DNA of 64,000 nt, from contig OZ336871.1 in NCBI GenBank assembly GCA_965287045.1, positions 126,604,001-126,668,000 of the forward strand, written 5' to 3'. The position numbers and the translations under genes were made by a program. This DNA comes from Carcharhinus amblyrhynchos. Taxonomy: Eukaryota. Of this stretch, positions 22,265-33,085 are shown in pieces; the stretch's first letter is position 1, and the number at the start of each line of letters is the position of its first letter. The notes under the pieces were generated by a model. It saw only the letters and a program-made list of their open reading frames with translations. It was not told the DNA's origin and ran no database searches.

Positions 22265-23110
22265 TAATAGGATCCTTACAGTGCAGAAAAAAAGCCATTC
22301 AGCCCATTGGGTGTGCACCAACTCTCCAATAGAGCATCTTATCCAAACCCATTCCCCATAACCCCACTGACTCTCACCAACTTTTACAGGTGCACCATAG
22401 AAAACATTCTTTCTGGTTGTATCACAGCTTGGCATGGCTCCTGCTCTGCCCAAGACGACAACAACTACAAAAGGCCATGAATGTAGCCCAATCCATCACA
22501 CAAACCAGCCTCCCTTCCATTAATTCTGTCTAAACTTCCCACTGCCTCAGCAAAGCAGCCAGCATAATTAAGGACCCCATGCACCCTGTACATTCTCTCT
22601 TCCACCTTCTTCCATAAGGAAAAAGGTACAAAAGTCTGAGGTCACGTCCCAGCTGACTCAAGAATAGCTTCTTCTCTGCTGTCATCAGACTTTTGAAAGG
22701 ACCTACCTTGCATTAAGTTGATCTTTCTCCACACCTAGCTAGTATGTAAACTACATTCTGCACTCTCTTGTTTCCTTCTCTATGAACAGAATGCTTTGTC
22801 CATATAGCACACAAGAAACAATACTTATCACTGTATGCTGATACATGCGAAAATAATAAATCAAATCAAATCACTAACCCCCTCAACCGACACATCCTGG
22901 GACATTAAGGGGCAATTTAGCATGGCCAATCCACTTAACCTGCACATTTTCGAACTGCAGCAGAAACAACAGCATTCAGAGGAAACCCATGCAGACACGG
23001 AGAGAATGTACAAACTCCACACAGATAGCCAGCCACCCAAGGCCAGAATTGAATCCGGGTCCCCGGTGCTGTGAAGCAGCAGTCCTTTCAACTTTGCCAC
23101 CATGCCACCC
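22265..23110 (-). mobile_element. V-SINE (HE1-like, CR1-type tail) split by a Rex insertion
   Basis: Tail at 22265-22368 and body at 22871-23110 are collinear on either side of the LINE. Confidence 0.85.
22369..22871 (+). mobile_element. Rex1/Babar-type LINE 3' fragment
   Basis: gactctcaccaacttttacagg..tgtatcacagcttgg..., ending aataaatcaaatcaaat. Confidence 0.88.
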
Positions 23111-23111
23111 T

Positions 23112-23700
23112 CAACATGGCTAGACAATGCCCTGGGTCACCTGGGCACTGGTCCTTGGTTCAGTTTGGCATTGCCAGGTTGGCATCATGCCCATGCCAAC
23201 CTGGCAGTACCAACCTGGGAGTGCCAACTTGTGCCAAGGGATGGACTCATTGGGAGACTACATGAGGGTATTAATTTAGGTGTGGTGGTGGCTGAGACTG
23301 GATGGGGGAGCTGGGGATGCTGGTGATGGCAATTAGAGGTGACTGTGGGTGCTGGCTTAGACTGTTTGGGGGGGGAGGGCGAAAGGGGAAAGGCACCAAT
23401 GATTGGGAGGAGTGGGAGGGTAGAGACGTGCTGACTCTGATCAGGGGCTGGGAGGGGAGCCCTTGAGACCTCCGCTGTGGGCTGGGGTCTATACAAGTTA
23501 CAATCGGGACACCCTTTAAAGAAGGCTTCCCGAACTCTGTACAGCTGAGTTTTGCGAGCATGTTTAGGCTCTGCCCTCCTGTATGACAATGTGAAATATG
23601 CCCCCTTGATTTTTATTTTACAGTGTTTCATTGAATCTGGAGAGAAAACAGATTTCTGACTGGAAACAATGCACTCCCATTTTTTGGTAAGATTTAACTT
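23112..23700. mobile_element. Partial GC-rich non-autonomous DNA element (Harbinger-like)
   Basis: TGCCA/TGGCA repeats including a perfect 14-bp IR (23172-23185 / 23193-23206), a G-rich tract, and an end like the other GC-rich elements. Confidence 0.5.
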
Positions 23701-24312
23701 ACCATATTGCCAGTACCCACACACTTCTACCACTACATGGAGTTTCATGAATTAAAGATGCAGCTGCTTATACATCTATATCTATAACACTGCTGTAGTG
23801 AATCTCATTTTTCCTAACATTCAATGGGTAATGTCCATTGATTAGTATTGTTTATTGCCATTGGTGACAATTTGAAGGCATAGGGGAGAGGACATATGCC
23901 AACTTGTCACTATCAATGGTAAAAGTAACCCTTCAGCCCAGTCCACCTTTCTCATGAAGGGTACTTTCCATCAGACATTTATTGACACCCTGCATTTGTT
24001 TGAGTTTTCCTCCAGGTTGTGTTATAGAGTGGAACATTTAATCCAAAGCTGACTCCAGTGGAGAGCAAGTTGGTTTTGAACTTGTAGAGTTCCTTCGTTT
24101 CTAGAGCAGTTTCCCTGGATTGGAAGGTAACAAACGTAATTGCACTATTGAAGAAAGAAGTTAGAGGATAAACAGGGGACCATGGATTAGTTAGACTGAC
24201 ATTAATTGTAGGGAAAAAGCTAGAATACCTTATTGGGGATGTGATGACAGGGCACTTGGTAAACCACAAAATCATTAGGCAGAGTCTACATGGAGTCAAT
24301 ATGGAGTCAACA

Positions 24313-24635
24313 GGGTGGCACGGTGGCACAGTGGTTAGTACTGCTGCCCTCACAGTGCCAGAGACCCAGGTTCCATTCCCGGCTTGGGTAACTGTCTGTG
24401 TGGAGTTTCCACATTCTCCCCAAATCTGCATGGGTTTCTTCCGGGTGCTCTGGTTTCCTCCCACACTCTAAAGATGTGCGGGTTAGGTGGATTGGCCAAG
24501 CTAAATTGCCCTTTAGCGTCAGGGGGACTAGCTCAGGTAAATGCATGGACTTATAGGGAGAGCGCCTGGGTCAGTGTGGACTCGATGGGCTGAATGGCCT
24601 CCTTCTGCACTGTAGGGGTTCCATAGCTCTATGAT
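24313..24635 (+). mobile_element. V-SINE (HE1-like, CR1-type tail)
   Basis: Full length; tail gatgggctgaatggcctccttctgcactgtaggg. Confidence 0.9.
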
Positions 24636-25567
24636 TTATGAAAGGGAAATTTGTTTGATAAATCTATTTGAGTTGTTTGGAGTTGCGACTGGTAGGGTGG
24701 ATAAGAGGGGAACCACTAGATGTAGTGTATTCAGATTTTCAAGAAGCCACACATGATTACACAAAATTAGGATTCATTGGAGATGGATTAATGGATAGAA
24801 ATAGAGAGTAGGAACAAATTGAAACTTTCAACTTAGCAGATTGTAAAAAGTACAGTACCACAAAATCAGAGCTCGAGTCTCAGCAACTTATAATCTACAT
24901 CAATTACTTAATAAGGGGATGGGGTGTAGCATGGAATCCTTGCTAATGATACAAATCTAAATAGTAAACAGTGAGGAGATGACAATGTGTCTGTGAAGGG
25001 ATAGAGACAGTTTAAATAAAGGGGCAGGAATATGGCAGATTACAACATATGGGGCAGGATATTCCAGCGGCCATTGTTGTGGGCAGAATGGAATTATCTG
25101 GAGAGCTGTTTTCCCTTTACAATTCTCCAAATTTCCCTATCTCACCAATGAAGATGTCCACCAGTGTCAGAAAATCTCATCTGTAATGCGGGAAATTATG
25201 AAGTTGCCCACTTTGGAAGAAAAGAATGAAGAAAGAGAATGTATGAATGGTGCGAGACTGAGAAATGTTTGCATACAGAGGGACCTGTGTGCCCAGGGAC
25301 ATAAATTTCAGCACGTTAACATGCAGATGCAGCAAGCAATTTGGAAAGCAATAATCTATTCACTTTTATCATAAACGGTTTACAAATTTGAGTGAGAATG
25401 TCCTACTGCAATTATCTAGGGCCATAATCACACCTGGAGCACTGTGTTTCCTATCCCTATCTAATAAAGGACACACTCATCATGGACGGAGAGCAATGAA
25501 AGTCCACTAGACTGATTCCTGAAATGTAAGCATTGTCCTGTGAGGAGAGATTGAGTGGACTAGGCCT

Positions 25568-25903
25568 AGCACGATGGCACAGTGGTGAGCACACTGTGGT
25601 GTGACTAGCCTTAGCATGGTGGCACACTGCCTCACCGTGCCAGGGACTTGGGTTCAATTCCGACCTTGGGTGACTGCTTGTGTGAAATCTGCACATTCTC
25701 CCCATGTCTGCGTGGGCTTCCCCTGGATGCTCTGGTTCCTTCCCACAGTCCAAAAGATGAGCTGGTTGGGTGGTTTGGCCATGCTAACTTCTCTTTCAGC
25801 ATGCCCGAACAGGTGCCAGAGTGTGACGACTAGGGGATTTTCACAGTAATTTCATTGCAGTGTTAACGTAAGCCCAATTGTGACACTAATAAATAAACTT
25901 TAA
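25568..25903 (+). mobile_element. V-SINE, tail type B
   Basis: Full length; head partly duplicated. Confidence 0.9.
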
Positions 25904-25979
25904 AAAGCATTCTGGAGAATATCGATGAATACAAGGTGATCTCATTTGAAGCATGTAAAAATTAAAGAGTTTGATATTA

Positions 25980-26540
25980 TAGAATAGAATCCCTATAGTG
26001 CAGAAGGAGGCCATTCGGCCCATCGAGTCTGCACTGAACACAATCCCACCCAGACCCTATCCCGGTAACTCCACATATTCACCCTTCTCATCCCCCTGAC
26101 ACTAGGGTCAACTTAGCATGGCAAATCAATCTAACCCTCACATTTTTGGACTATGGGGGGAAGCTGGGGCACCCAGAGGGGGACTAATAGTGCAAATATG
26201 TGGGGTTACAGGAATAAGGCCTGGGTGCGATTGTGGTCAGTGCAGACTGGATGGGCTGAATGGCCTCCTTATCCACTACAGTGATCCTATCCTATAATAT
26301 CAAACTCTTTAATTTTTACGTGCTTCAATGACATTACCTTATATTCTTCGATATTCTCTAGAATGCTTTTTAAGGTTTATTTATTAGTGTCACAAGTAGG
26401 CTTCCATTAACACCCAGACGAAACCCACGCAGACACGGGAGAATGCGCATAGTCCACATAGTCAGTCACCCGATGCTGGAATTGAATCCAGGTCCTTAGC
26501 TCTGTGAGATAGCCGTGCTAACCACTGTGTCACTGTACTG
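25980..26540 (-). mobile_element. V-SINE (HE1-like) containing an inverted duplication
   Basis: Tail and core at 25980-26177; head resumes at 26411-26540. Confidence 0.85.
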
Positions 26541-27654
26541 CTAGATTTTTAGAGGATGCTTCCTTTGAGTAGGAAATCTTGAACTAATAGTCACAGTCTC
26601 AGAATAATGAGTCAATCGTTTATGAGTGGGATGAGGAGAAACCTCCGCACTCAAAAGGGTTGTGGATCTTTGAAATTCTCCAGCCCAGACTGATGCAAAT
26701 AGTCGGCTGTTGAGTATGTTCAAGAGTTGCAATAACTAAACTAAACTCTGCAGAAAAAGCTTTAATAACAGAAGTTTCCCTACCGAAAATATACAATTTA
26801 TTCCTTCTACGTTGATGGATAGAGTGCTAAGCCACTTGCTTTTCATGCGTTGAATCTTGGTTACTCACCGTAGTGTTTACTGCCTGTCTGGACAAGAGCA
26901 ATAATCGCCAAAGCGCTAACGCTCCTTGTACATATTTCAAGATGGTTAATTTGTCAGTCTATGTTTAACAGTTCAGCACCTCGGTCACAGCACATCTCAT
27001 TAAGCATACTGTTAATTTATTGATAAACACTTAAACTGCACCAGTTTCTTGATGGCTGATTTGAACTCAGTGGCACTAATAGTTCAGACTTGCCAGAATA
27101 TGCATCAGAATTACATTATTCTGTGGCTTGTAAACCATTTTATTCCCCGTAATGATTAATATTTCAGTCCTTTGATCCACAGAACATTTCACAGCAGGGG
27201 TTCCAATTAAAATGACAGAACAATAGCACATATCTGTCCTGTTAACACATCTCTCTGGAAGGGCATCATTTACAGAGACACCATTTAATAATATGTTCAA
27301 ACGAACGTGACATACATAGATAGAAAAAAACACACAAACACAATATTCTGTGGCATACCACACAACAAGGTTATTTAATTCCTATGCTAAACAGGTGCTG
27401 CATATCACAGACCACAAAACATCAAAGCCAGGAAATTCTGTCGTGCATTAGGCAATGACTGGGAGCTCAGATAAAGGTCAGACTTGGACACAAGAAATGA
27501 ATGTGTCTTGACCCTCTCTCAGAGTGACAAGAGCGTTCTGGCCCTGAGTGAACATGACGAGTAATTTCTGCAGGATCCTTGCCTGATGTGTAGGGCAGGC
27601 ACACACATCCACAAATAGAAAACAACAGCATGAGTAATGTAATGTTAACTACTT

Positions 27655-28065
27655 CCAGGTTGAAATGTCCACATTTTAGCTGTGAGAGACTGGACAAACT
27701 TGGTTTGTTTGCACTGAACATCAGAGGTTGAGGGGCGACCTGATAGAAGTTCACAAAATTATGACAGGCATAGATAGAATGGAAAGTCTCAGTCCTTTTC
27801 CCAAGGTAGAAATGTCAATTACTAAGAGACATAGGTTTAAGGAAAAGAGGAAAGTTTATTGGCAGTGTGGGGGAAAAAGAGGGTGGTAAGTGTCTGGAAT
27901 GCACTGTCAGAAGAGGTGGAAGAAGCAGATACATTAGCAACACTTAAGAGGCATCTTGACAGATACATGAATAACAAAGAATAGAGGGATATGGACTGTG
28001 TAGAGGCAAAAGGTCTTTAGTTTAGAAAGGCATCATGTGTCGGCACAGGCTTGGTGGGCTGAATT
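27655..28065 (+). mobile_element. CR1 3' fragment
   Basis: ERLDKLGLFALN.RG.RGDLIEV..., then a 3'UTR cut off at gggctgaa. Confidence 0.8.
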
Positions 28066-28066
28066 A

Positions 28067-28697
28067 TGGGGTGGGGTGCTTAATTATGCTGGCTGCTTTT
28101 CCGAGACAGTGGGAAGTATAGACAGAGTCAATGGATGGGAGGCTGGTTTGTGTGATGGACTGGGCTACATTCATGATTTTTTGTCATTCCTTGCAGTCTT
28201 GGGCAGAGCAGGAGCCATACCAAGCTGTGATACAACCAGAAAGGATGCTTTCTATAATTTATCTGAAAAGGTTGGTGAGAGTCGTAGCTGACATTATATA
28301 AATAGAAAATCAGGTACGTATAGAAATATATCAGCATTTTATTTCTTCCTCTGCTCATTTTACCATTTCCCCTAGTTCACCAGTGTCCACACACTCTGGA
28401 CATTCTCTCTGCCACCTTCTTCCTTTGGAAAAAAGATACAAAAGTCTGAGGTCACGTTCCAACCAACTCACGAACAGCTTCTTCCCTGCTGCTGTCAGAC
28501 TTTTGAATGGATCTACCTCACATTAAGTTCATCTTTGTCTACGCCCTAGCTATGACTGTAACTCTACATTCTGCATTCTCCCGTTTCCTTCTCTGTGAAT
28601 GATATGTTTCGTCTGGATAGTGCATAAGAAACAATACTTTTCACTGTATGTTAATACATGTGACAATAATAAATCAAATCAAATCAAATCAAATCAA
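28067..28697 (+). mobile_element. Rex1/Babar-type LINE with 5' inversion
   Basis: 28067-28294 is inverted; 28387-28697 is forward and ends in (AAATC)n. Confidence 0.85.
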
Positions 28698-29079
28698 TTA
28701 GTTCCCAAGGACTGAGGGAGTCTTGTGTACCAATATATGAAGAGCACAAACAGTCAAACTTATTAGCTTGGCATCTATTATTGACTAGAAAAAAAATTAG
28801 ATGTTGCCTGTGGCCACCTGGAAAGAGAGATGCTATTGGGAGACTCTGAATATGGTTTCTGGAAAAGAAGGTCAAGTCTTACTAATCTGATTGGTTGATG
28901 GATGCGGACAACTCTATAGACATTGCACAGCTGAATATTCAGATAAAAGCTTTTGACAATGTTCTGCACGACTGAGTATTTAAAAATCTGTGCTATTGGA
29001 GGAGAGACTTTGTTGCAGATAAAGAATTAGTTACATTCCCATACTTTTGTGTTCAATTGTTGTGTAAGTTATTATCCCC

Positions 29080-29438
29080 ATGGCAGCATGGTGGCATTGT
29101 GGTTAGCATCACTGCCTCACAGTGCCTGGGACCCTGGTTCAATTGCAGCCTTGTGTGACTGTTTGTGTGGAGTTCGTATATTTTCCGATGTTGGTGTGGA
29201 TTTCCTCCGGGTGCTCCGGTTTCCTCCCATACTCCAAAGACGTGCAGGTTAAGTGGATCCGCCATGCTAAATTACCTCTTAGTATCCAAAGCTGTGTTGT
29301 TAGGGGATTAGCAGGATGCGTGCATGGAGTTACATGGATCGGGCAAAGGGTAGGCCTGAGTAAAATGCTGTCATGAGTTGGTGCAGGCTTGATGGGCTGA
29401 ATGGCCTCCTTCTGCACTGTAGGGATTCTATGATTCTA
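29080..29438 (+). mobile_element. V-SINE (HE1-like, CR1-type tail)
   Basis: Full length, ending gggattctatgattcta. Confidence 0.9.
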
Positions 29439-29786
29439 TTAATGGAGTCCCATTGTATTAAGACTATTACTCTTCTTTAAACATGTCAATCATCTGAATG
29501 AAGACATTAGTAAATCTCTCCACACGTTTATGAATGATACAAAGATTTGTGCCAGTCTTAGAATTTTCTATTAGACATTGTCACTACAATCAGACCTGGA
29601 TGCAAAATAGGAATGAGCCCATATCTGGCAGATATCTTTCAAGGAAAACAAATGTAGCATTACTGCACATAGGTAGCAGTAATGACAAGCATAAATGCAC
29701 CATGCAGGATTCTGAATTAAATGTGTTGCACAACATAGTAAGAAATCTCACAACACCAGGTTAAAGCCCAACAGGTTTATTTGGAA

Positions 29787-29822
29787 TCACGAGCTTTCGG
29801 AGTGCTGTTCCTTCCTCAGGCA
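29787..29822 (-). ncRNA. Second, more decayed minimal hammerhead motif on the opposite strand
   Basis: Minus strand reads CTGAGGA-a-GGAAC agc ACTCC-GAAA-GC-TC-GTGA; stems I and II are partly mismatched. Confidence 0.5.
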
Positions 29823-29824
29823 AC

Positions 29825-29861
29825 TCACCTGATGAGGGAGCAGCGCTCTGAAAGCTCGTGA
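29825..29861 (+). ncRNA. Minimal type I hammerhead ribozyme motif
   Basis: TCAC-CTGATGA-g-GGAGC agc GCTCT-GAAA-GC-TC^-GTGA: stem I TCAC/GTGA, core CUGAUGA..GAAA, palindromic AGCU stem III, predicted cleavage after C29857. Confidence 0.75.
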
Positions 29862-30441
29862 TTTCAAATAAACCTGTTGGACTTTAACCTGGTGTTGTGA
29901 GATTTCTTACAGTGCCCACCGCAGTCCAACGCCAGCATCTCCACATAGGTGTCCAGATATTTCTAAATATTCAAGGGCCAGTGCCACGAAGTTATAGCAA
30001 AAGCAAATAGAATGCCAGTTTGCATTGTTAGATTGAACCAATGTTAAATGAAAAGCCCTATCATAACGTGCGCAAGGCCTTGGTTAGACCTCATCTGCAA
30101 TATTATCTCCAGATTTGGACCCGTCATTTGGTGAAGGCATAAAATCCCTGAAAAAAACAGCTTAGAGGAGGGTCACTGGAATGATACTTCATTTAATGGT
30201 TATCTCAACAGGCTTAGAGAACTGAGTCCTTTTACTCTCGGATACCTGTGAATAAAATCAGAGGATATGCCAGAGCACATCACACAATCAAAGATGTCAG
30301 GTGGTTTTTACAGGATCATCAACCTCTGCAGCAAGTTGCCAGATTGTGCAGTGGGTACAGATTTGTTTCAGAAACATTCAGTTCCGGGCTGATATCGCTG
30401 CATAGAAATTGTTGGGTTTTCTTAGAATTGGGCCGATTGGT

Positions 30442-30746
30442 TCAGCCACTGAATCCACAGAGTGCGGCATTGGCTTTTCAAAGTATTCACCACATTCATG
30501 TCGGTAACCTTCTTGTGTTTGGCACGCTCGGTGGCTGCAGGCCTGATCACATTTTCCAGGAAAACATACAGCACTCCGCAGTTCCCCTCGTAGATCAAGC
30601 CCAAGGTCTGCTTGATTCCTCTAGGTGAGCTAGGCAGAATGGACGGGTGGTTTGATGATGCTCTGGGTGTTATCACTAAGCACTCCGTGGTGCTGCCTTA
30701 CTTCATCTTTTCCCAGTTCTTTGCCACTTTTTACTCTGCCAGATAA
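30442..30746 (-). pseudogene. H4: Histone H4 pseudogene (full length, degraded)
   Basis: Minus strand reads (L)[32 protein letters not shown] / [54 protein letters not shown] / GFSG*, collinear with canonical H4. Frameshifts; ATG lost. Confidence 0.92.
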
Positions 30747-30747
30747 T

Positions 30748-31870
30748 GGGTCGTAATTCTAAGCGTCAAATTCGCACTGTAATTCACACTGTTTTTTTCT
30801 CAGTGGGAGTTCTGAGAAGAATCTCCCACACTCTGTGCACTGCAGAGGCCACTGGTGTGAATCTCATTGAATTGCAGGGGGCAGGGTCTATTCCAGACGG
30901 AGAGGCTGAAATCAACACACTGATGGCGGCCACTGTGCATGTGGCGATCTGTCAGTGCCAAGATCGACGCATATGCAGTGGCCCCACACTGCCATCCAAA
31001 TGCTAGCCAGCACAATCACTCACCAGCCCCGCGACCCCTGCATCACCATCCCTCCACCCCTCCTTATCCCGATCGCTGACCCCCCAAACCATTCATGGGC
31101 CCAGCCCCAAACCCCCTTTCCTGGTCCATCCCGATCTCCGGCCCTACTCCCCCAATTCCCCCATCGAAGTTAACCTTCCCCCAACAGTTCCAATCTAATG
31201 ACCCCACAGTGCCCACACCCCCCAGAAGTTTGACCACCCCATGCCCCCAGACCACCCCGATTGCTGGCCTCCCCCCTACCCCCACAGATCCCTATGCAGT
31301 GTGGTAGTGGGACCCCTCTATCCTCTTTGATTGGACCATCAGGCCCCGCCTCCATATACCCTAGCCTCGTGGCGCTGACCCATGCCCAGTGGGCAGTGTC
31401 AAGGTGCCCACATTATATTGACACTTTGCCCTTTGAACAGTGTCGGGGGCACAGGCTGGCACTGCCCAGGTGCCAATGCCCAGGGGGCACCATGCCCCAC
31501 CGCTCGGCCCCAGGAGGCCCCAATTGCCTCCCCCCCCTCCCCCGTTCAATCCAGTGGGGCACATCTCCAAAAGTGGGGAGCTACTCTAAATCCCACTGGC
31601 GTGAAACACTCTGGCAGGGAGATGTTCACAGGCCAGAGGCTTCAGTCCTGGGCCCACTAATAGCATTCAAATTACATTAAAATTAGGGTTTTAATACTTA
31701 CCCCGCCTCCCCACCAATTCCCAGCACAGTGCAGGCGCTGCCAGAAATCTGGCGCTGGGAGATGCTATCGTGGCAAGAACGCATGTGCAAATCCCTCACA
31801 TCACCCTCCACAGGATTCTGCCAGCCCTCTGTGCTAAAAAATTAGCTCAGCGGGATGGGAAAATCACCCC
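30748..31870. mobile_element. GC-rich non-autonomous DNA transposon (PIF/Harbinger-like)
   Basis: Termini GGGTCGTAATTCT / GGAAAATCACCCC; C-rich interior with TGCC/GGCA repeats, related to 11814-13292 in opposite orientation. Confidence 0.65.
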
Positions 31871-32354
31871 CATCATTCTTTATTAGGTTATTAGTGGAGT
31901 CCCATTGGGACCCAGAATCATTCCCAGAATTATTCCTGAAGATTACTCTTATCTATCAAGGGATTACATTCCTTCAGTTGGACAGAGGTATTGAGGGAGA
32001 GCAAGTGTGCAGAATGGAAACAGGAATGCTGAATTTTGATGCAATGTGACTTTTTGGGGTAGGTTCAATAAATGAACTGGTCTTTCTCTGTCTGTCTCTT
32101 TTCATGTTCATATATTTGTATCTTGGTTCTAAAAGTTGCAGCTGCTGAGGCAAGTACAGTAAAATAGCTCAGCTCACTGACTGATACATACGAACTTGTT
32201 GAGCAAATTTATTCAGTGCTCTGAACCGCTGCACTTATGGTAGAACAGATGGTAATGGTATTCGACAGATTAAATGGGTCAACAGTGAAAGAGCTAGTCA
32301 GCAACAGTGATTCAAAATCAAACTAGAATTTAGACACCAAAAATATCCAGCTTT

Positions 32355-32708
32355 ATCTCCTGGTATCTTGTTTAATATTCATCACTCAACCAATATCACT
32401 AGAAAAAAATGCAATGAGGGAAAAATTCACACAGACTAAATTGATTCCCCCAAGGGCAGGCAGTGCTACCACCTACGTAGTCTATGTGGCATTCTTTAAT
32501 TATATCAAATGGAAAATGCCACACAGGGCCACCGTGCAAACAAATTTCTCCCCATTATCTGACTGTGTTTCTCATTACTATTTGTGGAACCTTATGCCAC
32601 ACAAATTGCCTACTGCATTCTCCCTATCTGGCTGCATTTCCAATGCACCTCACTGGCCAAAAGGGACTGAGACCATGAAAGGTATCTAAAAGTTCAGCGC
32701 TTTCTTTC
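32355..32708 (+). mobile_element. DeuSINE (SacSINE1-like) 3' remnant
   Basis: ctcaaccaatatcact..attatctg..tttgtggaacctt..cacaaattg..ctggc..tgaaagg..tttctttc. Confidence 0.55.
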
Positions 32709-32859
32709 GCTCTGTGGATGTGAGTGCTATTGAAATGGGAGGCAGGTGACCTGCTAACATAGCCCATCAGCCGTGTTCTTAACCTAACTATTCAGAGGAA
32801 TCAAAGTGGGAATCTCCCTCCAATTTGCTTTTCCTTGTTAAGTTACTACTGCATAGTCT

Positions 32860-33085
32860 AATAATGACCATTAAGCCATTGTCGATTGCTGTAAAAACCA
32901 TCTGGTTCACTGATGTCCTTTAGGGAAGTAAATCTGCCACCCTTACATAGTCTGGCCTACATGTGACTCCCAAACCTCAATAATGTGGTTGACTATTAAA
33001 TGCCCTCTGAAATTGCCTTGCAACTCATTCAGTTCAAAGGCAATTAAGGAAGGGCAACAAACGTTGGCCCATGTGAGGTCTGTGT
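32860..33085 (+). mobile_element. tRNA-derived SINE family 2, 5'-truncated
   Basis: ccatctggttcactgatgtcctttagggaagtaaatctgcc..ggcctacatgtgactcc. Confidence 0.8.

Larger units (their letters stand above)
24040..26735 (+). mobile_element. Old CR1 ORF2 (RT) remnant with several nested SINEs and a MITE
   Basis: VSLDWKVTNVIALLKK, ..LDVVYSDFQ.., and later EERLSGLGL and RRNL..QRVVDL segments, in CR1 order. Confidence 0.75.
29738..29945. mobile_element. Penelope-like inverted pseudo-LTR pair
   Basis: 83-bp inverted arms 29738-29820 / 29828-29910 (7 mismatches by my count) plus a 35-bp extension; each arm contains a hammerhead core and AATAAA. Confidence 0.8.
28760..30242 (+). mobile_element. Old CR1 RT remnant with a nested SINE and the Penelope palindrome
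   Basis: YGF..KRRSSLTNL, KAFDNVLH, KANRM, ALVRPHLQY motifs in order. Confidence 0.7.

Noticed and set aside
30370-30440. Histone 3' stem-loop downstream of the H4 pseudogene
   Set aside because: The sequence at the expected position is too degenerate to match GGCTCTTTTCAGAGCC.
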